Shown one piece after another: positions 25,106 to 35,255 of a DNA stretch of 64,000 nucleotides. Numbering within the stretch: position 1 is the first letter of the stretch; each line of letters starts with the position of its first letter. Location of the stretch: assembly GCA_021737405.1 (NCBI GenBank), contig JAIPEG010000009.1, positions 5,028 through 69,027 of the forward strand, given 5' to 3'. The notes below the pieces were generated by a model. The model did not search any database and was not told the DNA's origin. It worked only from the letters and a program-made list of their open reading frames with translations. The position numbers and the translations under genes are program-made. The stretch comes from Bacteriovoracaceae bacterium. GTDB taxonomy: Bacteria; Bdellovibrionota; Bacteriovoracia; Bacteriovoracales; Bacteriovoracaceae.

Positions 25106-26686
25106 ATGTTACGACCAAAAGTGGCCAAAACGACGCTTATTGCAGCGGTGGCGTTGCTGGGGGCTCAGACCTTAGCGCAAGATTATCAAGCACAAGATTT
25201 GAAAACCTTTTTAAATGAATTCAATGCCAATCCCAAAAAGGTTATGGAGCAATTGCCTATTAAAGAGGGGATTGGTGCTTCTGTTCAAAGAACTGTAATC
25301 CCAGAAGAGGCCATCCAAAATAATGCTTTTATTGAGGCCAAGGACCAGCTTAGAAGTAAAATCTGTAAAGAAGTAAATGGGCTTGAAGTCTGTGCTGATC
25401 AGCTTTCAGGGCGTGCTGGCATTCAAAATAATGATAGAGCAGAGGATCTCGTTGATCTTGGAGAAGAGACTTTAAAGACTCTCTCTTCGATGGATAAAAA
25501 GGGTCTTCAAAAAGGCGAACTTAGTGTTCGTCCCTGGTCAGATGATTACTGGGCCATCTATAAAGGCGTGCTTGCTCGTCGCTACGCTGATCCTCAAAAA
25601 ACAGATGGTGATGATTGGAAAGTTCACACGGATTTCGTAAGAGACAATCGATCAGATCTCTATATTGAAAGTGGCATGATTAGCGTTCTTTCTCCTTCAG
25701 AGAAATATGACCTTCTCGTTGGAGATAAGAACGAAACGCTGACAAAGAAAATGTTAAATGAAGGTCGCTCTTACTATGAGAACCAAGGAAAAGTAGAAAC
25801 TTGGATGGGGATTTGTCATGGTTGGGCTCCAGCAGCCTTTATGCTTGAGAGACCAACGAATGTGGTTGAAGTTCTTGCAGCAGATGGTAAAACAATGATT
25901 CCTTTTTACCCATCTGATATTAAAGCACTTGGTTCACTCCTTTGGGCAAATGTTCGCACTTACTCAAACTTTTCGGGAGGCCGTTGTAATGCAAAAGAGC
26001 CAAACCGTGATAGTGAAACCGGTAGAATTACTGATCAGGAATGTTTTGATACTAACCCTGGTACTTGGCACAAGGCCGTTGTTAATCAAATTGGAGTTTC
26101 AGATCGCTCATTCGTGATTGATGCCACTTATGATTATGAAGTTTGGAATCAGCCAGTCTATGGTTATAGCTACCGCTATTTTAATCCAGAAACTCGTGAG
26201 GTTTCAAAAGATGATTATAGTGCCGTTGCCATTGATTTAGCCGATTACAAGAGTGACAAATTTAAGAAATTTCGTGATTCAAGAGCAAAGAAAATTGTTG
26301 GTGTTGAAATGAGACTTCAGTACATCGCTGAAACTCATCCAAGTCACAGAACTACTGATAACAAAGAAAACGATTATGTAACGACTGTTACTTATCGTTA
26401 TGACCTTGAGCTTAATGGCCGAGGTTCAATCATCGGTGGAGAGTGGTATTCCAATAAGCACCCTGATTTTCTTTGGGTACCGCCAAAAGACACGCGTGCA
26501 CTTACTCGTCTAGATCAAAGTATCGAGCAGGCCATTGCTTCTGGGAGAACTGATATTGAGTGGAAAAATGGTGAAGCCATTCCAGCGGTTTGGAGCCAAT
26601 ACATCTCTACTTACTCATCAGAAGGTAAACCTCTTGGTTTAATTGTTGAGGGGTTGATCAAAAGATCAAGAGCAGAGAATAACTAA
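25106..26686 (+). CDS. secreted protein with a GICHGWAPAA motif, possible Cys-nucleophile hydrolase or transglutaminase-like enzyme (tentative)
   Basis: Signal peptide MLRPKVAKTTLIAAVALLGAQTLAQ. ATG at 25106 with a GGAGAG SD. The only recognisable feature is the Cys-His-Gly-Trp context, so the functional call is weak. Confidence 0.6.
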   Translation: MLRPKVAKTTLIAAVALLGAQTLAQDYQAQDLKTFLNEFNANPKKVMEQLPIKEGIGASVQRTVIPEEAIQNNAFIEAKDQLRSKICKEVNGLEVCADQLSGRAGIQNNDRAEDLVDLGEETLKTLSSMDKKGLQKGELSVRPWSDDYWAIYKGVLARRYADPQKTDGDDWKVHTDFVRDNRSDLYIESGMISVLSPSEKYDLLVGDKNETLTKKMLNEGRSYYENQGKVETWMGICHGWAPAAFMLERPTNVVEVLAADGKTMIPFYPSDIKALGSLLWANVRTYSNFSGGRCNAKEPNRDSETGRITDQECFDTNPGTWHKAVVNQIGVSDRSFVIDATYDYEVWNQPVYGYSYRYFNPETREVSKDDYSAVAIDLADYKSDKFKKFRDSRAKKIVGVEMRLQYIAETHPSHRTTDNKENDYVTTVTYRYDLELNGRGSIIGGEWYSNKHPDFLWVPPKDTRALTRLDQSIEQAIASGRTDIEWKNGEAIPAVWSQYISTYSSEGKPLGLIVEGLIKRSRAENN

Positions 26687-26696
26687 TTTTACTAGC

Positions 26697-26725
26697 GGGA
26701 GGTCTTTTAGGCCTCCCTTTTTTTT
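26697..26725 (+). terminator. rho-independent terminator (GGGAGG..CCTCCC stem plus T8)
   Basis: Stem-loop 26697..26717 followed by T8 at 26718..26725. The T-tract runs directly into the ATG of the next gene. Confidence 0.7.
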
Positions 26726-28396
26726 ATGATGAAAACAACCTTCTTCTTTATTACCGCTCTTTTTTGTCTGCTCTCCTTTGGGAGTGAGGACTATCCTAGC
26801 TGGTATCCCCAAGTAAGTTGTGAAACAAAGTGGAAGAATCTAGGAGATGATCGCTTCTATTCTTTTGAAAAAGATGCCTTTTTAACGGACCTTGGAAACA
26901 CCGGTTACGACTCTTATAAAGAAAGGGTGAAACGCGAAGAATGCCTAAAAGAGTGGACGGTATTGGTTTATATGGCCGCAGATAATGATCTGTCTCCTTA
27001 TGCACTTTGGGATATCCATGAAATGGAGTCTCAACTTAAAAATGAATTAAACCTCGGCTCTTCAACGGATAGGACAGATGTCATTGTTGAATTAGATACT
27101 CTAAGAGACACAGGTGTCAGAAGGCTTCATATTTTTCAAACCGAAGAGTCCTATCGCTCAGACCTCTCTCTTAATGATTATGAAAAAATGGATGAGCGCT
27201 TCGTTCGCTCACCTATTGTTAAGCACTTTCCTGAAATCGGGGCAGGGCGCTTACAATCAGCAGAATCTCGCTTCAAAAGATTCTTAAGTTGGGGCGTTCA
27301 AAACTATCCTGCTAAGAAATATATGATTGTCATGTGGGGCCATGGTGAAGGGTTTCTCGGCCAGTACTATGAGAAAAGTTTTGAAAGAAAAGAATTAAGC
27401 GCCTTACCAATTGTTGAGAAAAAATCTCGCTTCTTCGTCGCAGAAGACTTCGCACTTGATTCATTTATCGATTTACCCCAGGCCAAAGCCTTTTCTCTTG
27501 AAAAGCAATTTGGAGGAATAGCCTTTGATAATTCCGATCAAAGTTTTATTGATATCAGCACTCTGGGAGATATTTTAAGAGACTGGAAAGAAAAGCTTTT
27601 AGAGGGGAAGAATTTCGATTTCCTGGCTTTTGATGCCTGCTTAATGCAAAGCCTTGAAGTGATTGCAGAGGTTTCTCAATCGACTGACTTTATTGCGGGC
27701 TCTAATCAAATTCAAAACTATTTAGGCCTTCCCTACAGAAAGCTTCTGGATCAAATTAACATGGGCGTTGGTTCTTATGAATTGGCAAAAAGTCTTCCTG
27801 TGTTAACAAGGGATTCATGGGGACAAGAAGGATATCAAGGAAGTGTAGATCCAAAGGGCTTAAAGACTTTTACAATGAGCACTCTGGCCTCTTCTCAGGT
27901 AGAAAATAACCTATACTTTCATTTTCATAAAGTTGCTACCCAACTAAAATCTTATATTGATGAGGATCGCTCGAGAAAACAAGAGTTGCTTTTTATCCTC
28001 GAGCAATCACCGCGCTTTCAAGGTGAAATGATTGACCTAGGTCTTTTCTATGGTCTTCTTGAAAAACTTTTGTGGAAAGAGCGAATGGCGGGTGAAGAAA
28101 CTTCCCGTAGTCTGATGCTTTCAAAAACTGTTGGCGAGGCCCATTTTCGTTTGCGCGAATTATTCATTGAGTCTCAATTCGGTACTCTCTACTATGACGG
28201 AGAGGAGTCTGAACGCGCGGGCTATCTTCTCGGTCATTTCACTGGAATGAGCCTTTGGCTTCCAAAAAATGAGCGCCTTTACAATATGCGAAAAAACGAA
28301 ATGGCCAAAAGTTCTCTCTTTTTAAGTATAACCTCTTGGAATGTCTTTCTAGAGGAGCTTTATAAAATCGATTTGTTCGACTTTGGGCCGTTGTAG
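26726..28396 (+). CDS. secreted clostripain-family (C11) cysteine peptidase
   Basis: Signal peptide. VLVYMAADNDL, His motif VMWGHGEGF and Cys motif LAFDACLMQSLE are typical of the C11 His/Cys dyad. Confidence 0.8.
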   Translation: MMKTTFFFITALFCLLSFGSEDYPSWYPQVSCETKWKNLGDDRFYSFEKDAFLTDLGNTGYDSYKERVKREECLKEWTVLVYMAADNDLSPYALWDIHEMESQLKNELNLGSSTDRTDVIVELDTLRDTGVRRLHIFQTEESYRSDLSLNDYEKMDERFVRSPIVKHFPEIGAGRLQSAESRFKRFLSWGVQNYPAKKYMIVMWGHGEGFLGQYYEKSFERKELSALPIVEKKSRFFVAEDFALDSFIDLPQAKAFSLEKQFGGIAFDNSDQSFIDISTLGDILRDWKEKLLEGKNFDFLAFDACLMQSLEVIAEVSQSTDFIAGSNQIQNYLGLPYRKLLDQINMGVGSYELAKSLPVLTRDSWGQEGYQGSVDPKGLKTFTMSTLASSQVENNLYFHFHKVATQLKSYIDEDRSRKQELLFILEQSPRFQGEMIDLGLFYGLLEKLLWKERMAGEETSRSLMLSKTVGEAHFRLRELFIESQFGTLYYDGEESERAGYLLGHFTGMSLWLPKNERLYNMRKNEMAKSSLFLSITSWNVFLEELYKIDLFDFGPL

Positions 28397-28449
28397 AAGC
28401 CCCTATTATTGATTAGGATGAGCCTCTAACGAGAATAAAAGGAAGACCT

Positions 28450-29373
28450 ATGGACTTAGAATTTCTTATGAACCTTAATGAATTACCTTCTTGGCGTATT
28501 CTTAAAAAAGAGGTTTTGACTCAAGACTTTCCTATGTATCGACTTGAATCGGCTCCCCTTGGAAGTCATGAATTGGTTTATGTTCTCGTTGATGAGTCAG
28601 AGCAGCCTAAGACATTTAGAGTGAACGAATCTGATGTCGATTCATTCGCTATTTTTACACGTCCAGAATTGGTAACTCGCTTACAAAAGGCTTACAAGAA
28701 AGAAGATATTCAGGGCGGAAAAACTCCTGCTCAGGATTTAAATCTAGGCCAAGTTGATTTTAGTCTAAAGATTATGATGCTTGGGCAATTGATGAATATT
28801 CTTGGCCATAAAGGTAAAGAGACGACCGTTAAAGTGAATCCGATCTTGGTAGAAGTGGGGGCTGGAATTGAGCCTCTTGTCTACGCGGAAGAAGTTCTCT
28901 TTGCTCCTCAGTATGATGCCTTTACGGGAAAATTACTATTAAGTAACCCTGAAGACGCTAAGGCCTTGTTGGCCCTCAATCCAGAAGATCAAAAGAGATT
29001 TGGTATTGAAATCGTTTTTTACATGATGACCACAAGAGAACTCCCTGAAGAAAAAGAAGAGCGCCAACAGATCTTAAAAGATGAAATAGAGAAACTCTCT
29101 TTTATGGCCTCTAGAGTTCCTATGAAAAGAGGAAGTGGTAGTTTCTTGGCCGTCCTCATCAATCTAGAAAATGAACTAGAAGAACAAGCCTTCATTCGTG
29201 AATACCCAATGTTTGATTCCTACAGTGATATTATTTTCGTGACCAGCTCTCTTAAATTGCTTACGGGTCGCTTAGAAGAAGTTCATTACAACGGCTCAAA
29301 GATTGATACTATCTTTGGCCCCCTAATCAAGTGGCAACAATCAAAGTCTCTTCAACGATCAAAGTTTTATTAG
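28450..29373 (+). CDS. hypothetical cytoplasmic protein
   Basis: 307-aa ORF with an AAGGAAG SD. No signal peptide and no family recognised. Confidence 0.5.
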   Translation: MDLEFLMNLNELPSWRILKKEVLTQDFPMYRLESAPLGSHELVYVLVDESEQPKTFRVNESDVDSFAIFTRPELVTRLQKAYKKEDIQGGKTPAQDLNLGQVDFSLKIMMLGQLMNILGHKGKETTVKVNPILVEVGAGIEPLVYAEEVLFAPQYDAFTGKLLLSNPEDAKALLALNPEDQKRFGIEIVFYMMTTRELPEEKEERQQILKDEIEKLSFMASRVPMKRGSGSFLAVLINLENELEEQAFIREYPMFDSYSDIIFVTSSLKLLTGRLEEVHYNGSKIDTIFGPLIKWQQSKSLQRSKFY

Positions 29374-29381
29374 GAAGTACC

Positions 29382-29843
29382 ATGAAGGGTCTTGATACTT
29401 GGTTAAGTGAATACGGAGAGAGTCATCAAAATGGCACAAATAAAAATATCCACAGGGTATGTGTGCCATTGATAATGATGAGTCTTTTGGGGCTAATGGG
29501 AGAGATTCCTGTCCCGCTACTCCTTGCTGATTATGGACTCAATTTTAGCCACGTCTTTGTTGTTCTCGCGATGGTTTTCTACCTTACTCTCTCTCTCCCT
29601 TTTAGTGCCCTCATGTTGGGGGTTGTGGCCCCTATGCTCTACTTTACGAGCAAGGCTCAACAAAATTTGACCTCTAAGGAAGTACTACTCTTGTGGGGCT
29701 TGGTCTTTTTAATCTCTTGGGTTGGTCAGTTTATTGGTCATAAGATCGAGGGTAAGAAACCCTCTTTTTTCCAAGACTTGGCCTTCTTGTTAATTGGACC
29801 TCTCTGGATTGTTGCGCCACTTTTTCCAAAGTATCGAAAATAG
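29382..29843 (+). CDS. Mpo1-like (DUF962/YGL010w) membrane protein
   Basis: WLSEYGESHQNGTNKNIHRVCVPLIM motif followed by 3-4 TM helices. ATG at 29382 preferred over the upstream in-frame start. Confidence 0.65.
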   Translation: MKGLDTWLSEYGESHQNGTNKNIHRVCVPLIMMSLLGLMGEIPVPLLLADYGLNFSHVFVVLAMVFYLTLSLPFSALMLGVVAPMLYFTSKAQQNLTSKEVLLLWGLVFLISWVGQFIGHKIEGKKPSFFQDLAFLLIGPLWIVAPLFPKYRK

Positions 29844-30093
29844 TTGAATTACCGGCTTAAATTATGGCCAATTCCTATTTTGGCTACCCCTTAAATCCAT
29901 AATAATTCCGAATGCTTAGGTCTTCTTATAAGAACTGCCCCTATAATAGCTATAGAGGTAAATGAATGATTTTTCAGCTCCTAAAAAATATTAAACAGCT
30001 TGGGCTCTCTCGTGTGCTAAGTGCGACAATGATCGTTCAGGGCGTAACCATTTTGGAGACCAGGACTCTTTGTTTTTCTGTAAAATTTGATGA

Positions 30094-30795
30094 CTAATCT
30101 TTTATGAATTGAACTCCAACTTTGAAAAGATCATCGTCGGTCATGTGTCTAATGGAGACGACCTTGCCCTTAATTGGTTGAGGCAATGGGTTTGTATTAA
30201 TGCAAAGGACAGTTAGGAAATCGTCTTTAGCAAACATACCAGGATCTGGCGTTTTTAAGGCAAGACCTCCTGCTGAAATATCATACAGGTCATAATGTCT
30301 GTGCTTACTCTCACTTCCGGCCTTATAAAGAGTAACGGTCTGATTGTCGCCGGCCTGTTTTCGAGGTTGTTGTCTTAAGTGTTTACTTTTTCCTTCATTT
30401 TCTTCTTCTACGAGATTAATTTTTGCCGCTAGCTCCTGGCTTAGGTGATTGAGCTTTTCGGCAAAGCCCAACATGATGTAGTGACCTTCAAGCTCTCTAG
30501 GACGAAATTTAAAAGCAATATTTTTCTTTCTGCTGTAGAGAAAGAGGTCATTGTCTTTATTTTGGAAACTAAAGCCATCTTCAGATAGAGGGGTGAGTTC
30601 AATATTCTTTTTAAGAATATCGAGCTTTCTAAGGAGACAAAAGTGAACGGGTCTTTCACCTTGCTCATTTGTGGCATTTTGCCATATCCAAAGTTTCTCC
30701 TTCGTTTTATGAAGAATACGAAAGAATTCAATAATTTCAAGGTCATCCGTTATGACTTTCTTTTCAATTTCACTCATTACTTGACTCTTTTTCAA
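30094..30795 (-). CDS. PilZ-domain c-di-GMP receptor-like protein
   Basis: C-terminal RQQPR (RxxxR) followed by DISAGGLALK (D/NxSxxG). Divergent from the PilB/GspE-type ATPase. Confidence 0.7.
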   Translation of the reverse strand: MKKSQVMSEIEKKVITDDLEIIEFFRILHKTKEKLWIWQNATNEQGERPVHFCLLRKLDILKKNIELTPLSEDGFSFQNKDNDLFLYSRKKNIAFKFRPRELEGHYIMLGFAEKLNHLSQELAAKINLVEEENEGKSKHLRQQPRKQAGDNQTVTLYKAGSESKHRHYDLYDISAGGLALKTPDPGMFAKDDFLTVLCINTNPLPQPIKGKVVSIRHMTDDDLFKVGVQFIKD

Positions 30796-30854
30796 TGTTT
30801 TAAAATAGATTTAAATACCCTCTCATCTTAACCGATAAGGAACTTGGGAGGAAT

Positions 30855-32615
30855 ATGGCCTTAAAATTTAATTTAAATAAATCTCCACGAGTTCTTACTC
30901 TTGATGAAGTTCTAACTGGTCTTGTCCAGTCAGGAATCATTAATTCTGAGCAAGAAGTTTTTATTCAAAAGAAGAAAGGCCGTAGTCATCACCATCCTCT
31001 GGTTTCTGTATTTGAATGTGACATACCCGATAGAAGAATTGAGGGGCGAACACTTACCTTAGAAGACCTAATGCGTTGGTTGGCCACTTACTCTGATAAT
31101 GAGTTTTACACAATCGATCCACTCAAGATTGATATTGAAAAGGTAACAAATTTATTACCCAAGGCCTATGTTAAACGTTTGGGGATTTTGCCTGTTGAAG
31201 CAGATGAAGAGTTTGTAACGATTGTAACGTCTGAGCCCTTTCATTTAGTCTGGATTGATGAAGTTGAGAGGATAACTAAAAAGAAAGTTAAAATTAAAAT
31301 AGCTAGCCCAACGTCAATCTCTTCTAGCCTTGAAGACTTTTATACCGTTCGAAAAGCTGTCAGTAAGCTGATGAAGGATCGTAGCAGTAGTTCATCTGGG
31401 AATCCAGAGTTAGAGAAAATGATGAGTCTTGGAAATAATTCTCTTCATGGTAGTGATGAGCAGGGGATTTCGGGAATCGTTGATTGGCTCTTTCAATATG
31501 CTTGGGAAGAGCGCGCCAGTGATATTCACTTAGAGCCCAAATCTGGTGTGGGCGTCGTCCGTTTTCGTATTGATGGCACGTTAAGAGTTGTTTATAAATT
31601 TGACCCAGAGATTATGCTCTCTGTTCTAAGTCGTTTAAAGATTCTCTCTGATATGAAAGTTGATGAGAAAAGAAAACCACAAGACGGAAGAATCAAACGT
31701 AAAATTGATGAAAATCGAATCATTGAAATACGTTCTTCTACTATTCCAACACACTACGGTGAGAAATTAGTCATGAGGATCTTTGATCCCAAAATGGCAG
31801 ATAAATCTTTAGATGATGTTGGTATGTCTGAAAAAGACTTGCGAGTTTGGAAAGAGATGTCTGAAGGTTCTCATGGAATCGTCTTGGTCACGGGTCCTAC
31901 AGGTTCTGGTAAATCAACCACACTTCACGCGACTCTTAAGCATCTTGTAAGTCCTGAAGTTAATATATGTACTGTTGAAGACCCGATAGAAATTATAAAT
32001 GATGAATTCAATCAGATGCAGGTCAATAGTGCTATTGGAATAAATTTTTCAAATGCTATTAAGGCCTTCATGAGACAAGATCCTGACATCATCATGGTAG
32101 GGGAAATTAGAGACCCGGAGACGTCGGCGATGGCCATTCAGGCTTCCCTCACCGGTCACATGGTTTTTAGTACTCTTCACACCAATGATGCTCTTGGTTC
32201 AATCACTAGGCTTTTAGATCTTGGGGTTCCTCCCCATTTAATAAACGCGACTTTGAAAGGAGTCTTGGCCCAAAGACTTGTAAAGGTTCTCTGTCCTTTA
32301 TGTAAAGAAAAGGTAGAGACGAATCAGGCATGGTGGCAATCAATGACAAAGCCTTATCTTATGAAAATGCCAAGTCATGTGTATCAAGCTAAAGGTTGCC
32401 CCGATTGTAAGGATAGTGGTTACCGCGGACGAATGAGTATTTATGAGCTTGTCGTCATTACAGATAAACTTCGAAGCTCCATTCAAGCAAAAGTTGAACT
32501 TCAAGAGCTTCATAAAATTGCTCACGGATCTTTTCTTCCACTGCGTCTTCATGCGGCGAAAAAAGTCATTCAAGGCTTAACCTCAATCGAAGAAGTTTTA
32601 AGAGTGATCGTCTAA
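30855..32615 (+). CDS. GspE/PilB/MshE-family secretion or pilus-assembly ATPase
   Basis: T2SSE N-domain, Walker A GPTGSGKST, Asp/His boxes, tetracysteine CPLC...CPDC. Confidence 0.85.
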   Translation: MALKFNLNKSPRVLTLDEVLTGLVQSGIINSEQEVFIQKKKGRSHHHPLVSVFECDIPDRRIEGRTLTLEDLMRWLATYSDNEFYTIDPLKIDIEKVTNLLPKAYVKRLGILPVEADEEFVTIVTSEPFHLVWIDEVERITKKKVKIKIASPTSISSSLEDFYTVRKAVSKLMKDRSSSSSGNPELEKMMSLGNNSLHGSDEQGISGIVDWLFQYAWEERASDIHLEPKSGVGVVRFRIDGTLRVVYKFDPEIMLSVLSRLKILSDMKVDEKRKPQDGRIKRKIDENRIIEIRSSTIPTHYGEKLVMRIFDPKMADKSLDDVGMSEKDLRVWKEMSEGSHGIVLVTGPTGSGKSTTLHATLKHLVSPEVNICTVEDPIEIINDEFNQMQVNSAIGINFSNAIKAFMRQDPDIIMVGEIRDPETSAMAIQASLTGHMVFSTLHTNDALGSITRLLDLGVPPHLINATLKGVLAQRLVKVLCPLCKEKVETNQAWWQSMTKPYLMKMPSHVYQAKGCPDCKDSGYRGRMSIYELVVITDKLRSSIQAKVELQELHKIAHGSFLPLRLHAAKKVIQGLTSIEEVLRVIV

Positions 32616-32621
32616 AAAAAA

Positions 32622-32641
32622 AGGAGCCTTTTCAGGCTCCT
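32622..32641. terminator. bidirectional intrinsic terminator between the ATPase gene and sodB
   Basis: AGGAGCC-TTTTCA-GGCTCCT hairpin flanked by A9 on the left and a T-rich run on the right. Lies between convergent genes. Confidence 0.7.
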
Positions 32642-32669
32642 CTTAATATTCATAAAAATGTTTTAAAAA

Positions 32670-33248
32670 TTAGGCCATATTCTTGTTGGCAAAGTCCCAG
32701 TTCACAAGCTTCCAAAAAGCTTCAAGGTAAGTTGGACGAGCATTTCTGTAATCAATGTAATAAGCATGTTCCCACACATCACAAGTTAAGACTGCAGTCA
32801 TTCCGTGCTTCATCGCTGTGTCGGCATCATCAGTGTTGAGGATGTCGAGTTTTCCAGAGTTATCTTTTACAAGCCAAGTCCAACCTGAACCGAAGTTTCC
32901 AGCAGCTTTTGCATTGAACTCTTCTTTGAATTTTTCAAAAGAACCCCATTTTGCATTAATGGCATCAGAAACGGCACCAGTAGGAGCGCCACCAGCATTT
33001 GGTGCTAATGAGTTCCAGTAAAATGTGTGGTTCCATACTTGGGCAGCATTGTTAAATAGACCACCACTTGATTTCATAACAATATCTTCAAGGCTCATCT
33101 CAGCGAATTCAGTACCTTTGATACCGTCATTCAGTTTTGTTACATAAGCATTGTGATGCTTTCCATAGTGGTACTGGATTGTTTCAGCTGAAATATGTGG
33201 GGCTAAAGCGTCATTTGAATAGGGGAGTGCTGGTAGTTTGTGTTCCAT
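32670..33248 (-). CDS. sodB: iron superoxide dismutase
   Basis: [38 protein letters not shown] (Fe-type), DVWEHAYY. Confidence 0.9.
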   Translation of the reverse strand: MEHKLPALPYSNDALAPHISAETIQYHYGKHHNAYVTKLNDGIKGTEFAEMSLEDIVMKSSGGLFNNAAQVWNHTFYWNSLAPNAGGAPTGAVSDAINAKWGSFEKFKEEFNAKAAGNFGSGWTWLVKDNSGKLDILNTDDADTAMKHGMTAVLTCDVWEHAYYIDYRNARPTYLEAFWKLVNWDFANKNMA

Positions 33249-33380
33249 ACTCTTTTCTCCTTAAGGTTGAGTTCGTAATTCATTATGTGCTCTAATGGTT
33301 ATAAGAGTTCATGAAATAAACATCAAGGGGATTTAACCTACGTGTTGCGCAATCAAGATAGACAGAAAAGGAATACTGCT

Positions 33381-34010
33381 ATGCTCTCGAAGATTTTGAT
33401 CCTATTGCTGATCTTCTCATCATGCTCCCATCATGAGAGCTCTGGGCAACTCTTGGTCAACAGAGAAGCCATCTCTCCTTACAAAATAGGGGAGAGGACC
33501 AGACCTTATCCTGAGTGGGTGAGTCAGTATTATGATTTAGAAGTTTCAAAAAAGCTTAAAGAGCCAGGTCTGCTCTTTAAAGGAGACGCGTCATCACATG
33601 GTCAACTCTTTATCATTGATTCAGGCACTAGATTAACTCGAGCGGTGGCCTGCAACATGGTGAGGGCCAATGGTCTTGAGAAAATGGCGAATTATTATTC
33701 TTCAAAACTAGTTGCTCAATATAAAGGCAAAGCCTTTGATATCTACTTCTTAGGAGATGGGCTAAGTGTCATTAATAAGATTCTAAGAGAGCAAATAAAG
33801 AAAGAGAGCATCCAAAGTGAATATTTTGAAGAGCGAATTTGGGAAGGAACCTCTTTAATAAAAGAAAGGCGAGGGTTTAACTGTGCTATTTTAGTCCAGA
33901 TTAGTGAAAAGACCCTTGCTGAAATAAAGAAAGAACTAATTAATGGTCTAAAATCTCAATTCTTTCACCTGCCGAGCTTAGAAGAAGACTTAAACGCTCT
34001 GTCTTTATAG
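33381..34010 (+). CDS. hypothetical lipoprotein
   Basis: Lipobox LIFSSC. No family recognised. Confidence 0.5.
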   Translation: MLSKILILLLIFSSCSHHESSGQLLVNREAISPYKIGERTRPYPEWVSQYYDLEVSKKLKEPGLLFKGDASSHGQLFIIDSGTRLTRAVACNMVRANGLEKMANYYSSKLVAQYKGKAFDIYFLGDGLSVINKILREQIKKESIQSEYFEERIWEGTSLIKERRGFNCAILVQISEKTLAEIKKELINGLKSQFFHLPSLEEDLNALSL

Positions 34011-34089
34011 GATAGGAATTTTTTTCTCTTTTTTATAAATGTAAGCATCCTTTCGCTAATTTCTAACAACAAGACCGAAACGTATCTTA

Positions 34090-35022
34090 ATGAGGTACGC
34101 GGTTCTAATTTTTCTCCTTTCAATTAATGCTAATGCTCGAATGTTTGTTCGAAAGCAAACCACGATTGATGTAGAGCGCTCATATCGTTACGACCAAAAA
34201 TGGACAACGATTGCTAAGACAGAAAAGCAGGCCATGGATGAGCTACTAGAGGTTTTGGAGCGTTCTTCAACAGGAAAGAAAGTTGTAGAAAAATCTAGAA
34301 AGAAGGCCGAAACTTATGGAAAGACTTTAGAAGAGCTTTTGCTTCCAGGTGAGGGATCATTAACGGATACTACTCTGGTTAGAAAGTTTGCTCCCGCCAA
34401 TCCGAATGAAGTCGTTTATGAAAGTCGCTCTAAAGTTTACATTAATAGAAATCTAAGCGTTAAGAATGCTCTTCTTGATTTGGCCCATGAACTCACACAT
34501 TTTGCTTTAAGAGAGCCCTTTAATCCTTATCAAGCTCCTTTTGGGCTTAAGGACTTTATCACTTCAACCGTTGAAGGCAGAGGTGGTGAGGTGGAGGCTT
34601 ATTTAGTTGAGTGCCAAGTGCTTTTTGAAATATTTAAAGAAAGAAATCAAGATTCAAATTGTCACCGTGTCGTTGACCCATCATCTGGTCGAGTCAATAA
34701 GGGGCGCGGAATTCATGAATTTTATCAGCTTGGGCGTTTCTATAAAACTTTTCATAACTCATTGCGCAGACATGATATGAGTCCCACTGATTTTGAAGCA
34801 ACAAGTCAAGCAGGGGCTCACTTTATTAGTTCAGCCTACGGACTTCCTTATCCACTTGCTGCCGTCCATGAATATGAGGCAATCATGGAAAGGGTATGTC
34901 AAAATGACGGTCGTCGCTTGGCCATTATGCGTGACAATATTAGTCGCCAGCCAGCAAGCCAGGAATTGGCAACTTACCGTTCTTTGGCCTCAGTACATGA
35001 AAAGAGATGTGCTCGCTTTTAA
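34090..35022 (+). CDS. secreted putative zinc metalloprotease (HExxH)
   Basis: Signal peptide. LAHELTHFAL with a downstream GGEVEAY (possible third ligand Glu). No family named. Confidence 0.5.
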   Translation: MRYAVLIFLLSINANARMFVRKQTTIDVERSYRYDQKWTTIAKTEKQAMDELLEVLERSSTGKKVVEKSRKKAETYGKTLEELLLPGEGSLTDTTLVRKFAPANPNEVVYESRSKVYINRNLSVKNALLDLAHELTHFALREPFNPYQAPFGLKDFITSTVEGRGGEVEAYLVECQVLFEIFKERNQDSNCHRVVDPSSGRVNKGRGIHEFYQLGRFYKTFHNSLRRHDMSPTDFEATSQAGAHFISSAYGLPYPLAAVHEYEAIMERVCQNDGRRLAIMRDNISRQPASQELATYRSLASVHEKRCARF

Positions 35023-35255
35023 AAAATCACTAATTTTATTGGGCCAAATCAATTCGATTTTTTCTTAATTCTTCTCTTAGTCTAGCTAAAATCAAAAACT
35101 CTTATGGCGTGGTGTGATACCCTGACACAGAGTGTTTCTCAGTCAATGTTTTAGCTGCAGACAAAGGCCGAAAGGTCCTTTAGTTTCGTTGACTTGAAGG
35201 GGTGCCGCAGGTAAATTTAGAGCAAAATAATTCACTATTTTAAGGATCAAAAAAG

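Noticed and set aside
35023-35255. Searched the nuoB leader for a missing nuoA gene or a riboswitch-like structure.
   Set aside because: No ORF longer than 16 codons, and only weak 4-5-bp stems.
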